A stretch of 64,000 nucleotides of DNA from Balanoglossus misakiensis (lineage: Eukaryota > Animalia > Hemichordata). The DNA is taken from the NCBI GenBank assembly GCA_040954595.2, contig CM082595.2:269590-333589 (forward strand), given 5' to 3'. Made by a program: the position numbers and the translations under genes. The notes under the pieces were generated by a model. That model ran no database searches, was not told the DNA's origin, and was given only the letters and a program-made list of their open reading frames with translations. Positions 25,985 through 38,955 of the stretch are shown piece after piece (positions within the stretch are counted from its first letter, which is position 1; every line of letters begins with the position of its first letter).

Positions 25985-27973
25985 ATGATATCGGATAACT
26001 CAAAACTGATGTCTGAAATGACAGATGATGACGATGACGACACTTCTCAAGGTATGGAAATGGCGGTGTTTTCCGCTGAAGAGGAGAAAGCAAATCTACT
26101 TTCGGAAGACAGAAGTGATGAAGACAGTAAAACTACCGTAGATACATTGCTGAAGCAAAAGAAAGCGAAAAGGCGAATATGGAAGAACATACTCGTCCTC
26201 TGTGTAGCTTTTATGATCAATTTTTCTTCCTACGGTGGCCTCCACGCTCTGCAGAGCAGTATTAATTGTACTCAGGGTTTAGGGTTTGCATCTCTGTTGA
26301 CAATATATGCATCAATCATTTTATCAGGGTTATTATTGCCCAGTGCAATAATTCGTTTATTAGGGGTCAAGTGGACTATTGTTACCTGTATGTCGTGTTA
26401 TATAGCCTATCCGATGGCCAATTTCTACCCAGATTGGTACACAATCATCCCGGCATCAGTAGTGATAGGTCTGGCTGCTGCACCACTGTGGACTTCTGAA
26501 AGCACGTACATCAGTACCAGCGGTTACATCTTTGCTGACATTGGCCAGTCAGGAACGATCGATGGCGTGCTAGGTAAATTCTTCGGTATTTCCGCGTCCA
26601 TAATTCACATGCATGGGGTTGTTGGCAACTTCATCTCAGCAACTGTGTACAGACATTTACTGACCCCTGACCAGCGCCACCACGAGGAGTCCGGGATCAT
26701 ATACACCTGTGGAGCCAGTGACTGCAGAGACAGAAAGGGTAACACTACAACATATTGCCACCCACCACCGCAAAGCATCACCAATGTCATTGTTTTTATA
26801 TACGCAGCTTTTTGCGTGATAGCGGTCTTGATGATAGTTTTTCTACTCGACAAATTACCAGGCGATAAAGAAAAAAATAAAGGCACCCCTGTTCTTGGTA
26901 CAACGTTAGCAACAGTTCGATTATGGAAGGATTCTCGTCTGTGGATGCTTGCACCTATTGTACTCTCTGGTGGGGTCCGTATGGGTGTCCTAAGCGGCGA
27001 TTTCAGTCAGGTGATAATGCAAAACATTTCCCAAACAAATCAATATTGAACGAGCCATATCTATCAGCTTGTAATATGCACACAGAGTATGTTTGATCAG
27101 TAATTCACAAACCCTTTTTTCTGTAGTTGTTTGTATAGTTGAATGCTTTGATTGTTTGGTTCCGTAATTATTCTTTGGAATGTTTCACAAGGAATTGTAA
27201 TTAATGATAATGTTTTTTTCTTTTTTTTCCAGTCTTATGTATCTTGTGGAATTGGTGTGGAGTATGTTGGCTACGTTATACTGAGCACATCCATTGTACA
27301 GGTTGTCGCGTCATTTCCATCTGGAGTCCTGACAAAATATATTGGAAGGCTTTCTCAAATGGTATTCGGCGTGACTGTTGACATTGCTCTTATCATCATT
27401 ATGTTACTATGGAAACCAGACAAGAGTGTGGCAGTGTATTTCTTGGTAGCTGCTGCCTGGGGAATAACCGATGTTGTCATTGTCGTGCAAGTAAGAGGTG
27501 GGTGAATCAGTTGTCCTTGGGGTGTGGGGGATAACAGGTGATCTGATTGGGGTAGAAATAGGCGGAGGGTGGTCATGTGTAGTCATCTTAATTTCATTTT
27601 AACAGACACGCCTCGAAGAAAAATATTAAATGAACATTCTTTGCATGATTCTGCGAGACGAGGGACATTCTTGTACACATAGCCCTCACCTTTAGAGTTT
27701 CTAAATGGCACATCTCTGTGTAACATAAGACGTGGCTTTCTTTCAGCTTTTATTGCTGTGCTGTTTCCCAAGAAACTTCAAGAAGGTTTTGCAAATTATC
27801 ATCTCTTCAGTGCGGTGGGAGCTGTTTTGTCATTTTCGATGAGTTTATTGTTCTGTGTTTCTACAAAACTCTACATCTTGATTTCAATTCAATTAGTTGC
27901 ACTTATTTTATATACCATTCTGGAATACATGAATTACAAACCCAAGGTCATCCGGGGACCGCTCAAAGACTGA
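25985..27973 (+). CDS. UNC93-like (UNC93A-type) MFS membrane protein, copy 2
   Basis: Exons 25985-27010, 27233-27498 and ~27747-27973. Same intron positions and motifs as copy 1. Confidence 0.9.
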
Positions 27974-28571
27974 AGCAACACTTCTTGTCATTAGTATTGT
28001 TATTGTTATAAGGACATGTTCATTTGCTCTGAGAATGAAATCTTCACACAGATGCTGGCAACAAAATAACGACAATCATGATTTACTTTACTGTCTAGAG
28101 TTTGATGCAGATTCACGTTCTCTCTGGGCACTTTTTATATCATATCATCCTACTTTGAAACAAGCTTCGGCACTTTGCATTGCACCAAACAACTTTTCAT
28201 ATACCTATTCAGAAAACAATGGAAAATAAATACGGTACGCATAGACTTTGCACAACTATGTGACCTAAATCTATCTCTTATACGGTGGTCAGACCTTTCA
28301 GTGATAGAATGGTAGATAAACATTTAACACGAACACGGACCAATTCGTCAAAAAACTAGTTCCATTCTGCTTAAAATGAATATGCATCGGGTCTGCCCTT
28401 TGGCCAATGTTAGTTCTCACGTGACCATCCAAACGAGCAGCGACTGGCCACATCTGTCCGCGTAAAGTTGTATTGCAAGTTACAACTTAACACTGTAATT
28501 CGGTGGTCTAGCTTGACGTCAAGCCATTCGCTCGAACTTGAATTTTAAGAACCATACCATCCCCGTCAACG

Positions 28572-29883
28572 ATGGAATACCGTAGAAAGGAATATTCTCC
28601 GCCAATCGTGCAGCCGGTAAGATTTTATTTTCACAGTCCATTGGATGCGGGTTAGCAAGCAAATCGAAACTGTGCCAAGGTCCACAATTGTTGAATATAG
28701 AAGTCGGGGTGTTAAAGTGAAAATGAAAATATAATACTTAAATGTCCACCAAAGCCTCTGAGTTCCCCCGCATATTTCTTTTCGTCGCAGTTTTCTCACA
28801 TTGTCAACAGTAGAATCCCACTGGACAGACAAGTATTAAACATCACCAATGTCATTGTGCAGGCCATAAAAGGAATATGGGGATTACAAATGACATCTTA
28901 CTCGTGAACTTTGAACCAGGAAATAAAATTGTCAACAATTCTATAATTGCAGCTATAATCAATGCATTAGGTTTCAGACATTTTTACGCATTACTTTAAT
29001 ATCAAAATGTGGAATTTTGACAACCCCACCGAAAGTACCAGGATGTGTGGTCATATATAGGGATCATGAAAGTGACCTATTAGAATCACAGAGCATTCGC
29101 GTTTGTATTTTCACGAGGATAATAAAAATGTAACTAATTATACATTTTCAGAGAATGGCACGTACAAGGAATATGCATATTTTAATTCCATTAATTAACC
29201 TTCTATTGAGTTGTTGGTGTATATGTTATCCTTCTTTCATTTTGCGCATGTCTGCAGATGATGCCATGTTCTTCAAAGATTCCTAGTGGAATGTATGCTG
29301 GCAAGGAGATCTTCATTACAGGTTCTGTCACTCCTAATCCTGATAGGTAAGAGTCTGTCGGAGATTGTGTAGCAGACTCCATACATGGATAGGGCTGTAT
29401 TCACACACAATAGAGATACGTGTACTGTCAGTGACTGCATCACAGTTACAGTCTTATACTAAACTTACTCTTTTTGATGCAGGTCTTTCCATACAGTTGT
29501 GACATGTCCTTTTATACTTCGGCTTTAAAATTTGTTTAAAACTAATTATATGTATTTTTTTATTCAGATTCCATGTAAACTTCACAACAGGAGTTCAAGG
29601 AAATGAAAGTATTGCATTCCATTTTAATCCAAGATTTTCTAAAAGGGTAATTGTGTGCAACACCAAACGAGGCGATACATGGGGCTCGGAAGAATTTGCT
29701 CCCCGCTTCCCGTTTTCGCCAGGCTCCAACTTTGAAATTGTCTTCCGCTGTGAGCAAGATTGTTTCCAAGTTACTGTGAATGGTGCATATCTGTTACGGT
29801 ACCGTCATCGCATCGACTACAAGAATATCACATCCATCACAGTTCAAGGTGCATGTCACGTGTCAGAAATCCGCTTCGAGTAA
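28572..29883 (+). CDS. Single-CRD galectin, copy 1
   Basis: Exons 28572-28616 (MEYRRKEYSPPIVQP), 29258-29346 and 29568-29883. Motifs IAFHFNPRF, VCNT, WGSEE, FPF..G..FEI and YRHRI. Confidence 0.88.
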
Positions 29884-31181
29884 AGACGATGTACCACCAC
29901 TTGACCACTTAATAGTAATGCTATCGATGGGTTTATAATCACAAGTTTACATGATGAAGAAAAAACTGTCTTAACCCACTTCCAAAATCTGTGTTTCTGT
30001 GCCAATGTTTCTGTATTGGGTAAATATTTTCATTTCGAAAAATACCAGGCCACGTCTGTTAATTCTACCATGACCCTTAGTGATAGGTTTGCGTTTTTAA
30101 AGATTATCAAAGTTTTCATGGATCTGACCATTCTCAGTAAATCTGTGTGCTGTATGGAAAGTATTAATGTTGGCTTATTAGACAATCTTGTCACTTTTTG
30201 TGAATAGACCTTCCTGACATGTGTAATTCCATGCATATGTTTGGTAATAAACGGGACAATTACATTTTCCAAATGGAACTTGGAGATTTCTTTCTTGCAA
30301 CACGTACGCAAAGTGGGTCTACAACTGTGTTGACAACTTGAAAAAAATCTATGATGAGCATGGACTCACGCACACTTCAATAACATCTAGCGGTTAGCAT
30401 GTTCGTCTTTTTAGTTACTTCGTTAACCATCGTACCCAGTTAAAAAATCAGTCGGCTACGCGACCATCGATGTCTCTGATTGTCACATAATTTCCACAAA
30501 TGAAATTCATTCGTGGGGGGTCATCCCAGCTCTATGTTGAGATTCCTGGAATTCTTGAAGTAGCCGATTCTGAGAATTCTACTCACAAAGCAATGTCAAC
30601 ACCCGGAAGTGAAAGACGCAAGCACCTTCTATGTTTAAACCATGATTGTAGCGTAAATGGCCCCTTCGTTAGTGTGCAATCAAATGCGATCGGACTACTA
30701 TTACGAGAAAACAAAGAAATCCAAAAAATATTCTGTATAGGCCTAAAACCTCGCATCCTTCAGTTTGACGCTTGTGACGGAGAATCATGGGAACTCAGTA
30801 CTTCTAGCATATTTTACATATATGTGTTTTGCATTAATATATAATCTATATATCTAGATGGACTTTGGCTTTTTGCGACCAGCATATAGGCGGTTAGGCC
30901 TACACAATATTCATTCGCAAAGTAGTTTTGACAAGCCAGTGTAAATAAGAATAATTTCTCCCTCGATAATAAAATAACAGAAACCATTTAAAGTGGGTAC
31001 GAATCAATTCAAAAGTAAATCAGCCAGGTAGATTCTATTAAAATTATAATACTATCTTCAGTGCTTATATCTTTATGGCGGAATAATATGCAGGGTGAGG
31101 TGTCCTCACACGACCCCTTCGAATACCTACACACCCGGCACTGCACACCTATACAACCGGAGATTCGGTGAGCTGAGCATC

Positions 31182-32300
31182 ATGGGTCTGGGAGGTGATG
31201 CCATCGCAAGTCTCATTTCTTTCATTTGCGATAAGCTATGGCACTCACGGTCAACTGAGCGAAGTTATTTTAACCCGGTAAGATTTTAATTTTGAAGGCA
31301 GGTCGCGCCGCGGTCTTTAACCTTCAAGCGACCACCAAGAAACCGCAGTTGCGAGGTCTTGTTGGAAGTGTACACACATATCTCCAGCCCTATATCACTC
31401 AACTATGCATTTTCCGGGGTATGATCACCCACTCAGTGTGTGAGGCAAATGTTAAAATGGAAGTGAAACTACTACATTTTATGAGATAATATACAAGGTC
31501 CGTTATCCGTTTAAAGTTACTTGTTTCTCAATTTCATTGTATTTGCACAGATGATGCCATTTTCCACGGGTATTCCTGATGGAATGAATCCTGGGACGGA
31601 AATCTTTATTAATGGTTCCGTCAATCCCAATCCTGCTCGGTGAGATTCCTTTAAAATAACATTTGGAATTGAGGCGTTCGGTGAAGGAAAGACACCTTCT
31701 TGTAAACAATAAGCAATAGGTAATGTCAGGTGTATCGAAAAGAGTAAACTATCCTGCCCCACATATGATGCACCCACTATGCATTAATCTCTGAGTCAAA
31801 ACAGGGAGCCGTCACGTGACACTCTCAAAACAAGAATATGTATATTGCATTATAGAAATACATTTTCATATACAGAAATGTATGTCATAATTACACCATC
31901 ATTTGTTTGGTACGGAAACTAATACAATGCATTATATTTATTCAGATTCCACGTGAACTTGACAACAGGAGTTCAAGGAAATGCAGATATTGCGTTCCAC
32001 TTTAATCCACGATTTGCCGCCGCAAATCTGCCACATCGGGTCATCGTCTTAAATACTAAAAAGGGGGATAAGTGGGGACCTCAAGAATATGCTCCACACT
32101 TCCCGTTTATGCCAAATACCAACTTTCAAATCGCCATCCTTTGTCAACAAGATTGCTTCCAAGTTGCTGTGAATGGTGCATTTCTGTCGCGGTACCGTCA
32201 TCGCATACCATACCGTGACATCACTTCCATGACGGTCCAAGGTGATTGTCATATCACCGAAATTCGTTTCAAGAACTTTTCTGCAAAGAGTAAGATTTAA
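31182..32300 (+). CDS. Single-CRD galectin, copy 2
   Basis: Exons 31182-31277 (MGLGGDAIASLISF...YFNP), 31551-31639 and 31946-32300. Motifs IAFHFNPRF, VLNT and WGPQE. The exon-1 donor ccg|gtaagatttta is identical to that of copy 1. Confidence 0.88.
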
Positions 32301-32916
32301 GATTGCTATTGATGAGTCCATGATGCTTACCAGAGATTTCAAAAAGTGTGTACTTTGTATCATAAATTTGTAAAATAATATTAATACACATTTCATCTGT
32401 TGAAACCTTTTGGTATGGAGGTTTCATGCGATTTTTTTATTTTATTTTTTGAAAAGTCCCCATTCTCAGCTATGATATTTTTTTAACTTTTTACTTTTCT
32501 AAGTGTGTATTTTGTTATTGACAATCGCATTAAACTTATGTCAACCTCTTCTGATCAAGTGCTGATTTACACACATGAGACAAACGTTGTTTTGTGTTCT
32601 TATGTAAGCTTTAGATGTAGTTGATTAGGCCAACATGAAATGTGCACCAACTGACGAGGACTTGAGTTACCCCTCAGATTGCGTGATTTCAGGAAAATAG
32701 TCAGTTTTAACAGCATCTGTGGGAGATTATCTGAAGACTAGAAATTACGCTTTTACTAGCCAGTTACTAGTATTTACTAGTAGTTCTGCGATACTAGTGT
32801 TTATAAATGCAAGGTAAATGCGTCGAGCAGGGGGCGTCGTCGGGGAATCTGAAGAGGTCACGCTTTGGGTCGAAGCGCCACCAACGTTGACCCCATCAAA
32901 CCACTTCCTCTTCAAA

Positions 32917-35900
32917 ATGGCGACAGAATATGAAAGTGTACTGTGTGTCAAGAATGAGGTCTTCGTGTACAAAATCCCACCACGACCGTCAAATAGAGGA
33001 TACAGGTAAGACAATTCACACACGTCCGATTTCAAAGCAGGTGCCTACTGGTGAAGTTACGGTTTCCAAAGCAATATGCTTTTATTGACTTGTACATTAC
33101 CTGTCGCAAACGTAACGCTACTGTCAATGCCGGCGAAAGAAAACAATCTGTCGTTTTGATATTATCTGGTAATTAAATGTACATGAATAGAGGCATACGA
33201 ACAAAACGTTAATTTACGATCAGATCTACATTGTAAGTTCATTAAGCACACCTTGATGGCATGTATAACATGACAACAGTCCCTTACATGTTTTAAAGCG
33301 GAAGTGGGTAGCACATAGTCTTTCAGTGTTGACCGTGGCTGTGGTAGCCGAAAAGGGGGAGGAGCCACTCCACGAATCGCAACCCTGTGGTTTTGTGTAG
33401 AATTTGTAAAGGGTGTCGTTTGGCATGCCAGCTTTACTGCATGGCCGTGGGTTAGATAGTGAATGCATTGCCACGTATGTAAACTAGGTAGTGAAACAGT
33501 TATTGCGAATTATCTCTGGTGTATGAAACATATCAAGAACATGCCTATGTAAATTTCAGGTTGCAATTTTGCCTTGCTTGATTGAGAGGCAGGATGTATT
33601 TGATGTAATGTTTGGACAAGGATGAATGTGTCAGGAAGTAGATAAGATACAGTGTACCGCAGTCCCTCTGAGTACTGTGATTGTACCATGCTTCAAACCA
33701 TGAGCTAGGAACAAAGGAAGGAAAAGAAATTGATGTATATTTACACAAAGTAAACAGAAATACTTTGTAGTCCTTTTACAAAACAGCTCTTCTGTATTGG
33801 ACATCCGACGTCGAGAAAAGTATGACTTCAAACTGACCGGACGGACACATGATTTTGGACAGCGGACATTTCAGACAGTCGGACAGTCAGTAAACTCTGC
33901 ACCTATTCTAGTTTCCTGCAAAAAAAAATATTTGATTTTGATAGGGCGGCAGATTGGAAATTAGATCAACATGACTGGAAGGGACGGTTACGGGTGGTTG
34001 CCAAGGGAAACAACTGCAGTATCAAATTAGAAGACAAAACAACTGGTAAGTGGGCATTTATAGGTTGCAGATGAGTCTGTCAGTTCAAGCCTGTTAATTG
34101 ATTATTACATACAGACATACTGTATACATCAGTAGATAGCTATGTACGTACATGCATACAGTTGAATTTCATTGAAGAGACTGATATTTGTTACCAAGCT
34201 TAAGACTAATGTCAAGAACAATCAAGCTTGCATTGTAGTGACTGTGTCATGATTTTGCTTTTTGTACAAAACAGGTGAATTGTTTGCCAAATGTCCAGTA
34301 GATGCATATCCGGGAATATCTGTTGAGGCTGTCATGGATTCAAGTCGATATTTTGTCATTAGGCTCATGGATGATAATGGTATGTGTTGGTAAAATGTTG
34401 TATAAGAGATGACTTCTGATATTTTCTTGAATTGCAGTAACACTATAATATTCATCATTGTATTCACAAACATTGTTTTGATTTTTTTCGTAATTCAGGA
34501 CGGTCAGCTTTTATCGGTTTAGGATTTTCTGACAGAGGAGACTCGTTTGATTTTAATGTGGCTTTACAAGACCACTTCAAGTAAGTAACCTGTTCAATTC
34601 AATTCTTCAACCCACAAGACGCTACGGGCTGTAGCTATTTATAAATGATAGTATAAGGTTGTTGATTGATACTTATTCTCTGTATCTCTGTTGTTTCCTA
34701 CCAGATGGGTCAAGCAAAGTAAAAAATTTGAAGAAGAAGAGAAAAATGCTGCTCAAGATCCAGGGCCAAAGTTAGATCTCAGTTTGAAAGAGGGACAAAC
34801 AATTAAAATAAACCTAGGAGTAAGTTAAGGACATGTATGTTTGTACGTACATTTGTCTGTACATGTATGTTGTGTGTGTACGTACATATGTATGTGTTAG
34901 TACGTATTGTATAATTTGTAGCTGCAACATTTCAGTTAAGTTTAAGTGTACAGGTACTGTTAGCTTTTGAAAGTGAAGTTATGATAGCCACTTGATGACT
35001 GTTCCATCTGTCTGTTCCCATAGAACAAAAAATCCGGTACAGGCGTAGCAAGACCAAAGCCAAGTGCAGGAGCACCTGGTTTCTTGCCTCCTCCTCCAGG
35101 TTCCAAAATTCCAACAATGACCCCACCACCGGGTCAAACAGGACTTGCACAGCCGCAGCAAGCATCACAACAAGCAGCCAGTCATGGCTTATTAGGTCAG
35201 TTGGATTTCAAGCCAATGTCTACAGTGCAAATACTCGTATTACGTACATGTTCTGTACAAGAATTACATTTAATAGTTTAATTCCTGCTGGTTTATTTGA
35301 GACTTGAAATATCACAAACTGGCTTGCTATATCCCTATCAACAGATGACTGTACTCAAGTGCAGTGTATCTCAAAAAGATTGAACTGCATCATGCAAATG
35401 TTTACATCGATAGTAAGGATCATTTTCATGCACATTTCACATGTGTTATTACATTGCAAACTGAGCTTCAATATCACAAAATCTGGTTCCATGTCGCTGT
35501 TTTCCATGCATTAATTTGTAGACATGTCTTCACAACTTGTAGGTTAAGCCGTTGTCAACCTGATTCATGTTCACAATGCAGGTATGGAAGTACATTATAG
35601 ATCTGTAAAATTTGGTATCGGTAAAACTGCATTCCATCTGTTTCGTTCATACATTCAGGTGGGGTCTCATCACAACCACAGCAATCAAACCAAGACTTGT
35701 TGCTTGATTTTGGATCATTATCATCATCTTCATTACCATCATCATCATCAGTGCCGGCAACAACATTGCCCTCACAGCCAAAGTCTGACCTGGATGTCTT
35801 TGGTGATTTTACAGCAGCATCACCAACACAACCACAACAAAAGCAACAACCTCTAGGGGGCGCTAGTGATTGGGGAGACTTTGCGGGTGCAGGGTATGTA

Positions 35901-36122
35901 GTGATTGAAACTGTCAATCTGATGTCTTTACCTTTGAAATACCAAGGATCTTGTCATCGTTACAGAGGCTTCCATTCTGACAGCAAAGTATCTTTCTCTT
36001 CTCAGATATTCAAGTCTGACAAGATCTCGCAATGAGTGGAACATTATCTATAGTGACCATCCCTTTCTCTGTTCTTTTCCAGGAATCAAGAATCCAAAAG
36101 CGGTGGATGGGTGCAATTTTAA
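32917..36122 (+). CDS. NECAP: Adaptin ear-binding coat-associated protein
   Basis: [34 protein letters not shown]; DSSRYFVI; [31 protein letters not shown]; [15 protein letters not shown]; DWGDF; C-terminal WVQF*. Confidence 0.95.
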
Positions 36123-38955
36123 ATAGATCATTTATATTCTTAACAAGATTTATGAAACAATAATTCTGAATGCTCTCCAAAAGCCTACCCATATGGTGGT
36201 TCCATCATTAGCTGTGAACCTTTCTCAGGGGAAAAGTTCACGATGGATATTCTTGTAGACTGTGTCACCCCACATTATGTTCAGTGGTCTTATTTTGCTA
36301 CTGAAGACAATGAAGTTCGACCAGCCCACTACAGTAAAAGGGGTGGGTGGCTTTTGGTAAATCAGAAAAGTTGCATGAAGACTGGGATTAGAATAAATCC
36401 AGATCATGGATTAACAGAATTATTGAAAAAAAAACCACAATGAGGCTGATCAATTCATACATGATGACCTCTCTCATTTGTTTTGTCTTGCTTTATTGTG
36501 TATGTCCACCGTACATGACCCCCATCCAGCTTACAGCTTGTCCAATTCTATAAAGGATACATGTAGTTTTAATGTAAAAGACTGAAAACTTTTTTTGTTG
36601 TTGAAACCTTCTTTTGCTGAGCCCGGAATATTCCAGTTGTTCTATGAAGCAGTTTTTTGTCAGGAAAATGCATAGGGATAGCATACCCTGGTGGGTATTA
36701 ATTGAGGTCTGCTTTCTCGATGTTACAACTGTACATTTACTGATAGAGTAAGATACTGAAAAAAGTAGTATATTTGTAAGAAAATTGAAATTGTGTATAA
36801 TAATAGTGTTGTGTATGAATGACTGTTATGTAGAACTAAACCAGAAGGAATACATATACATGTATGTAAAAGTTTCAGTTGTTTTGATAAATTGAGATTG
36901 GGTTGACATCATGCAACAACTATAACAAAATCTGTTCTATAGAGAAATTCTGTAGAGATAATGGATAGTTCAGTTAGTGCAAATTAATAAGTATTTGAGG
37001 TACATGTACTATACATAGAGTGTACATGGTAGATGACTGAGTATATATTACAATATGTATAGCATTAGTACCAAGTTGATCATAGCATGTTTGTTTAAAG
37101 GGCAGTATATGTAACTTGTGGCTATGTAGAGTTCTTTGTGCTCTCATTCTTTTCCCTGTAGCATGCCAAAATGTGCACAGAACAAAATGAGTGAAAGTAT
37201 CGCTAACACTTGCAGCCAAGTGAGATGTATTTAAACCTGGGGATACATGTGATACCTGTAATTGACACAAAATAGCGGCCAATCAAGCCCCACTCCTAGT
37301 TTATACCCTCATATTAATTCAATTGTAGGCTAGAAGCTTTTCAAGTGCAATCGCCCCACAATGAAATATTAATCAAGGCCCCTGCAGTGGGCACACATCT
37401 CATTTCTAATATCAAAGACTACACATTGTTTCTGGCAGAGTTCCTCTGCGGAGAAATTATGTTTCTGTGAAAAATGTAAGGAAATATCAGCATAAAAAAC
37501 AGTACAGTAGGGATGTACAATCTTAATCCACTTGCATATCATTCTATGAGACTCGGGTAATCTGCAATACAATTACAGTAAAGTAGTTTCATGAAATTAC
37601 CTTAGAAAACAGGCCAAAGTATTTGGAGTCTAAAGGTGTCTTTTAGTCTTTGTGGACTGACTGTAATGTTTTCAGCTTTACTTCAGTGATAATGTCCCGT
37701 AACTGATCACCAGTCTTGTAGAGCAATTATGTCAGATTTCCCGAGGGAAATATAATGAGGTTGAATGTATTTCTTAAAATTATACTTAAAATCATTGACA
37801 GTTGTGTTTTCTACTGTCTGTGTTGAACCATGGTACAGTAAAAGCAATAATATAACAGAAGTGTTTGGGTTTCAATAGTCCTTGTTATTGTGGAAAATAA
37901 TATTGCACTGCACATGGAAATTTACATAAACTTAATATGAGACACCAGGGTTGTTTTATTTTCTGATGCTCAAATTTTCAGAATTATCACTCTTTGAAAG
38001 CTGTTTTAAAATCATGGGTCAACAAAGATAATTGCGTGAACCAAGTACGGTGTCTCAACAGATGTGAAGGTTTTGTTTCATGTGTTCTTAATGGAGTATC
38101 AAAGAATTATTTTCTTTTTCCCCCAAACCCATCCGTCTGTAATATACAATTCCAAGCCATACCATAAAATTAGATAGTATTAACTGATATCATTGGGAGA
38201 ATGTTATTTTTATTTATTTGATCAAGTGAGAATTTAGTTTCATGTAAAAATTACATTATAACCATGTCAATGTAGAGTTGGCAACGATAATTCTCGGTCA
38301 TTGGTGAAAACATGTGCAACATTTTTATAGTTTTAAAATCATGAAAGATTCCTTTGAAGTATAATATATTGAGAGTGAAATGTCTTGCACTGAACCTTGA
38401 AGGTGTCTGTCAAGATTTCTCAGTAAAGTTCTGATTCAAAATATGGATTTGAAATGTTTGGGATCTGCCGAGACTGGTCTGAAAAGCGACGGTTTTTGAG
38501 ATTCCTTTAAGAGGTTCACCACTGAACAGAATTGTGACTTTATTAGTGGTAACTGTGTTCCTTTCAAATGTGATTTATTGTAATGGTCATCAAGAAAATA
38601 AAGTATGATTTTTGTGAATATTCTTGTAGAATGACATATTTTCTGGTCAATTCATCAAATCACACTCCACTAGAAAAGACTCCATCAGACAAAAATTCAC
38701 TTAGTTGATCATTTTATTATGATTACACACACAACATAATTCTATTTCTACATTCATCTATAATATACAAGGAGGACATTCAGCTATGCTGTACACACAT
38801 GAAGCAACTGTCTTTTGAAAGGGACTGAATGAAACGCAAAGAAAACTAAACAGCGCCCTGACTTGATTATATCCAAGTCCCACCCCAGCTACTGAGAGAG
38901 AACAATGCAACACCAAACAAGGCCAGAATTCCACTGGCTTCAGATTTGTGCATTT

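Noticed and set aside
27488-27504. Stronger-looking donor CAA|gtaaga in UNC93 copy 2 suggesting a frameshifted pseudogene
   Set aside because: The donor 7 nt downstream (G|gtgggt) matches the phase-1 intron of copy 1 and keeps the frame intact.
28572-32300. One tandem-repeat (two-CRD) galectin
   Set aside because: The first CRD ends in TAA at 29883, and the second has its own paralogous first exon.
32752-32798. Four TACTAG motifs upstream of NECAP
   Set aside because: Too short and degenerate to separate from low-complexity sequence.
36123-38955. Possible hidden gene between NECAP and ATAD3
   Set aside because: AT-rich with only short random ORFs. It is consistent with convergent 3' UTRs (AATAAA at ~38597).
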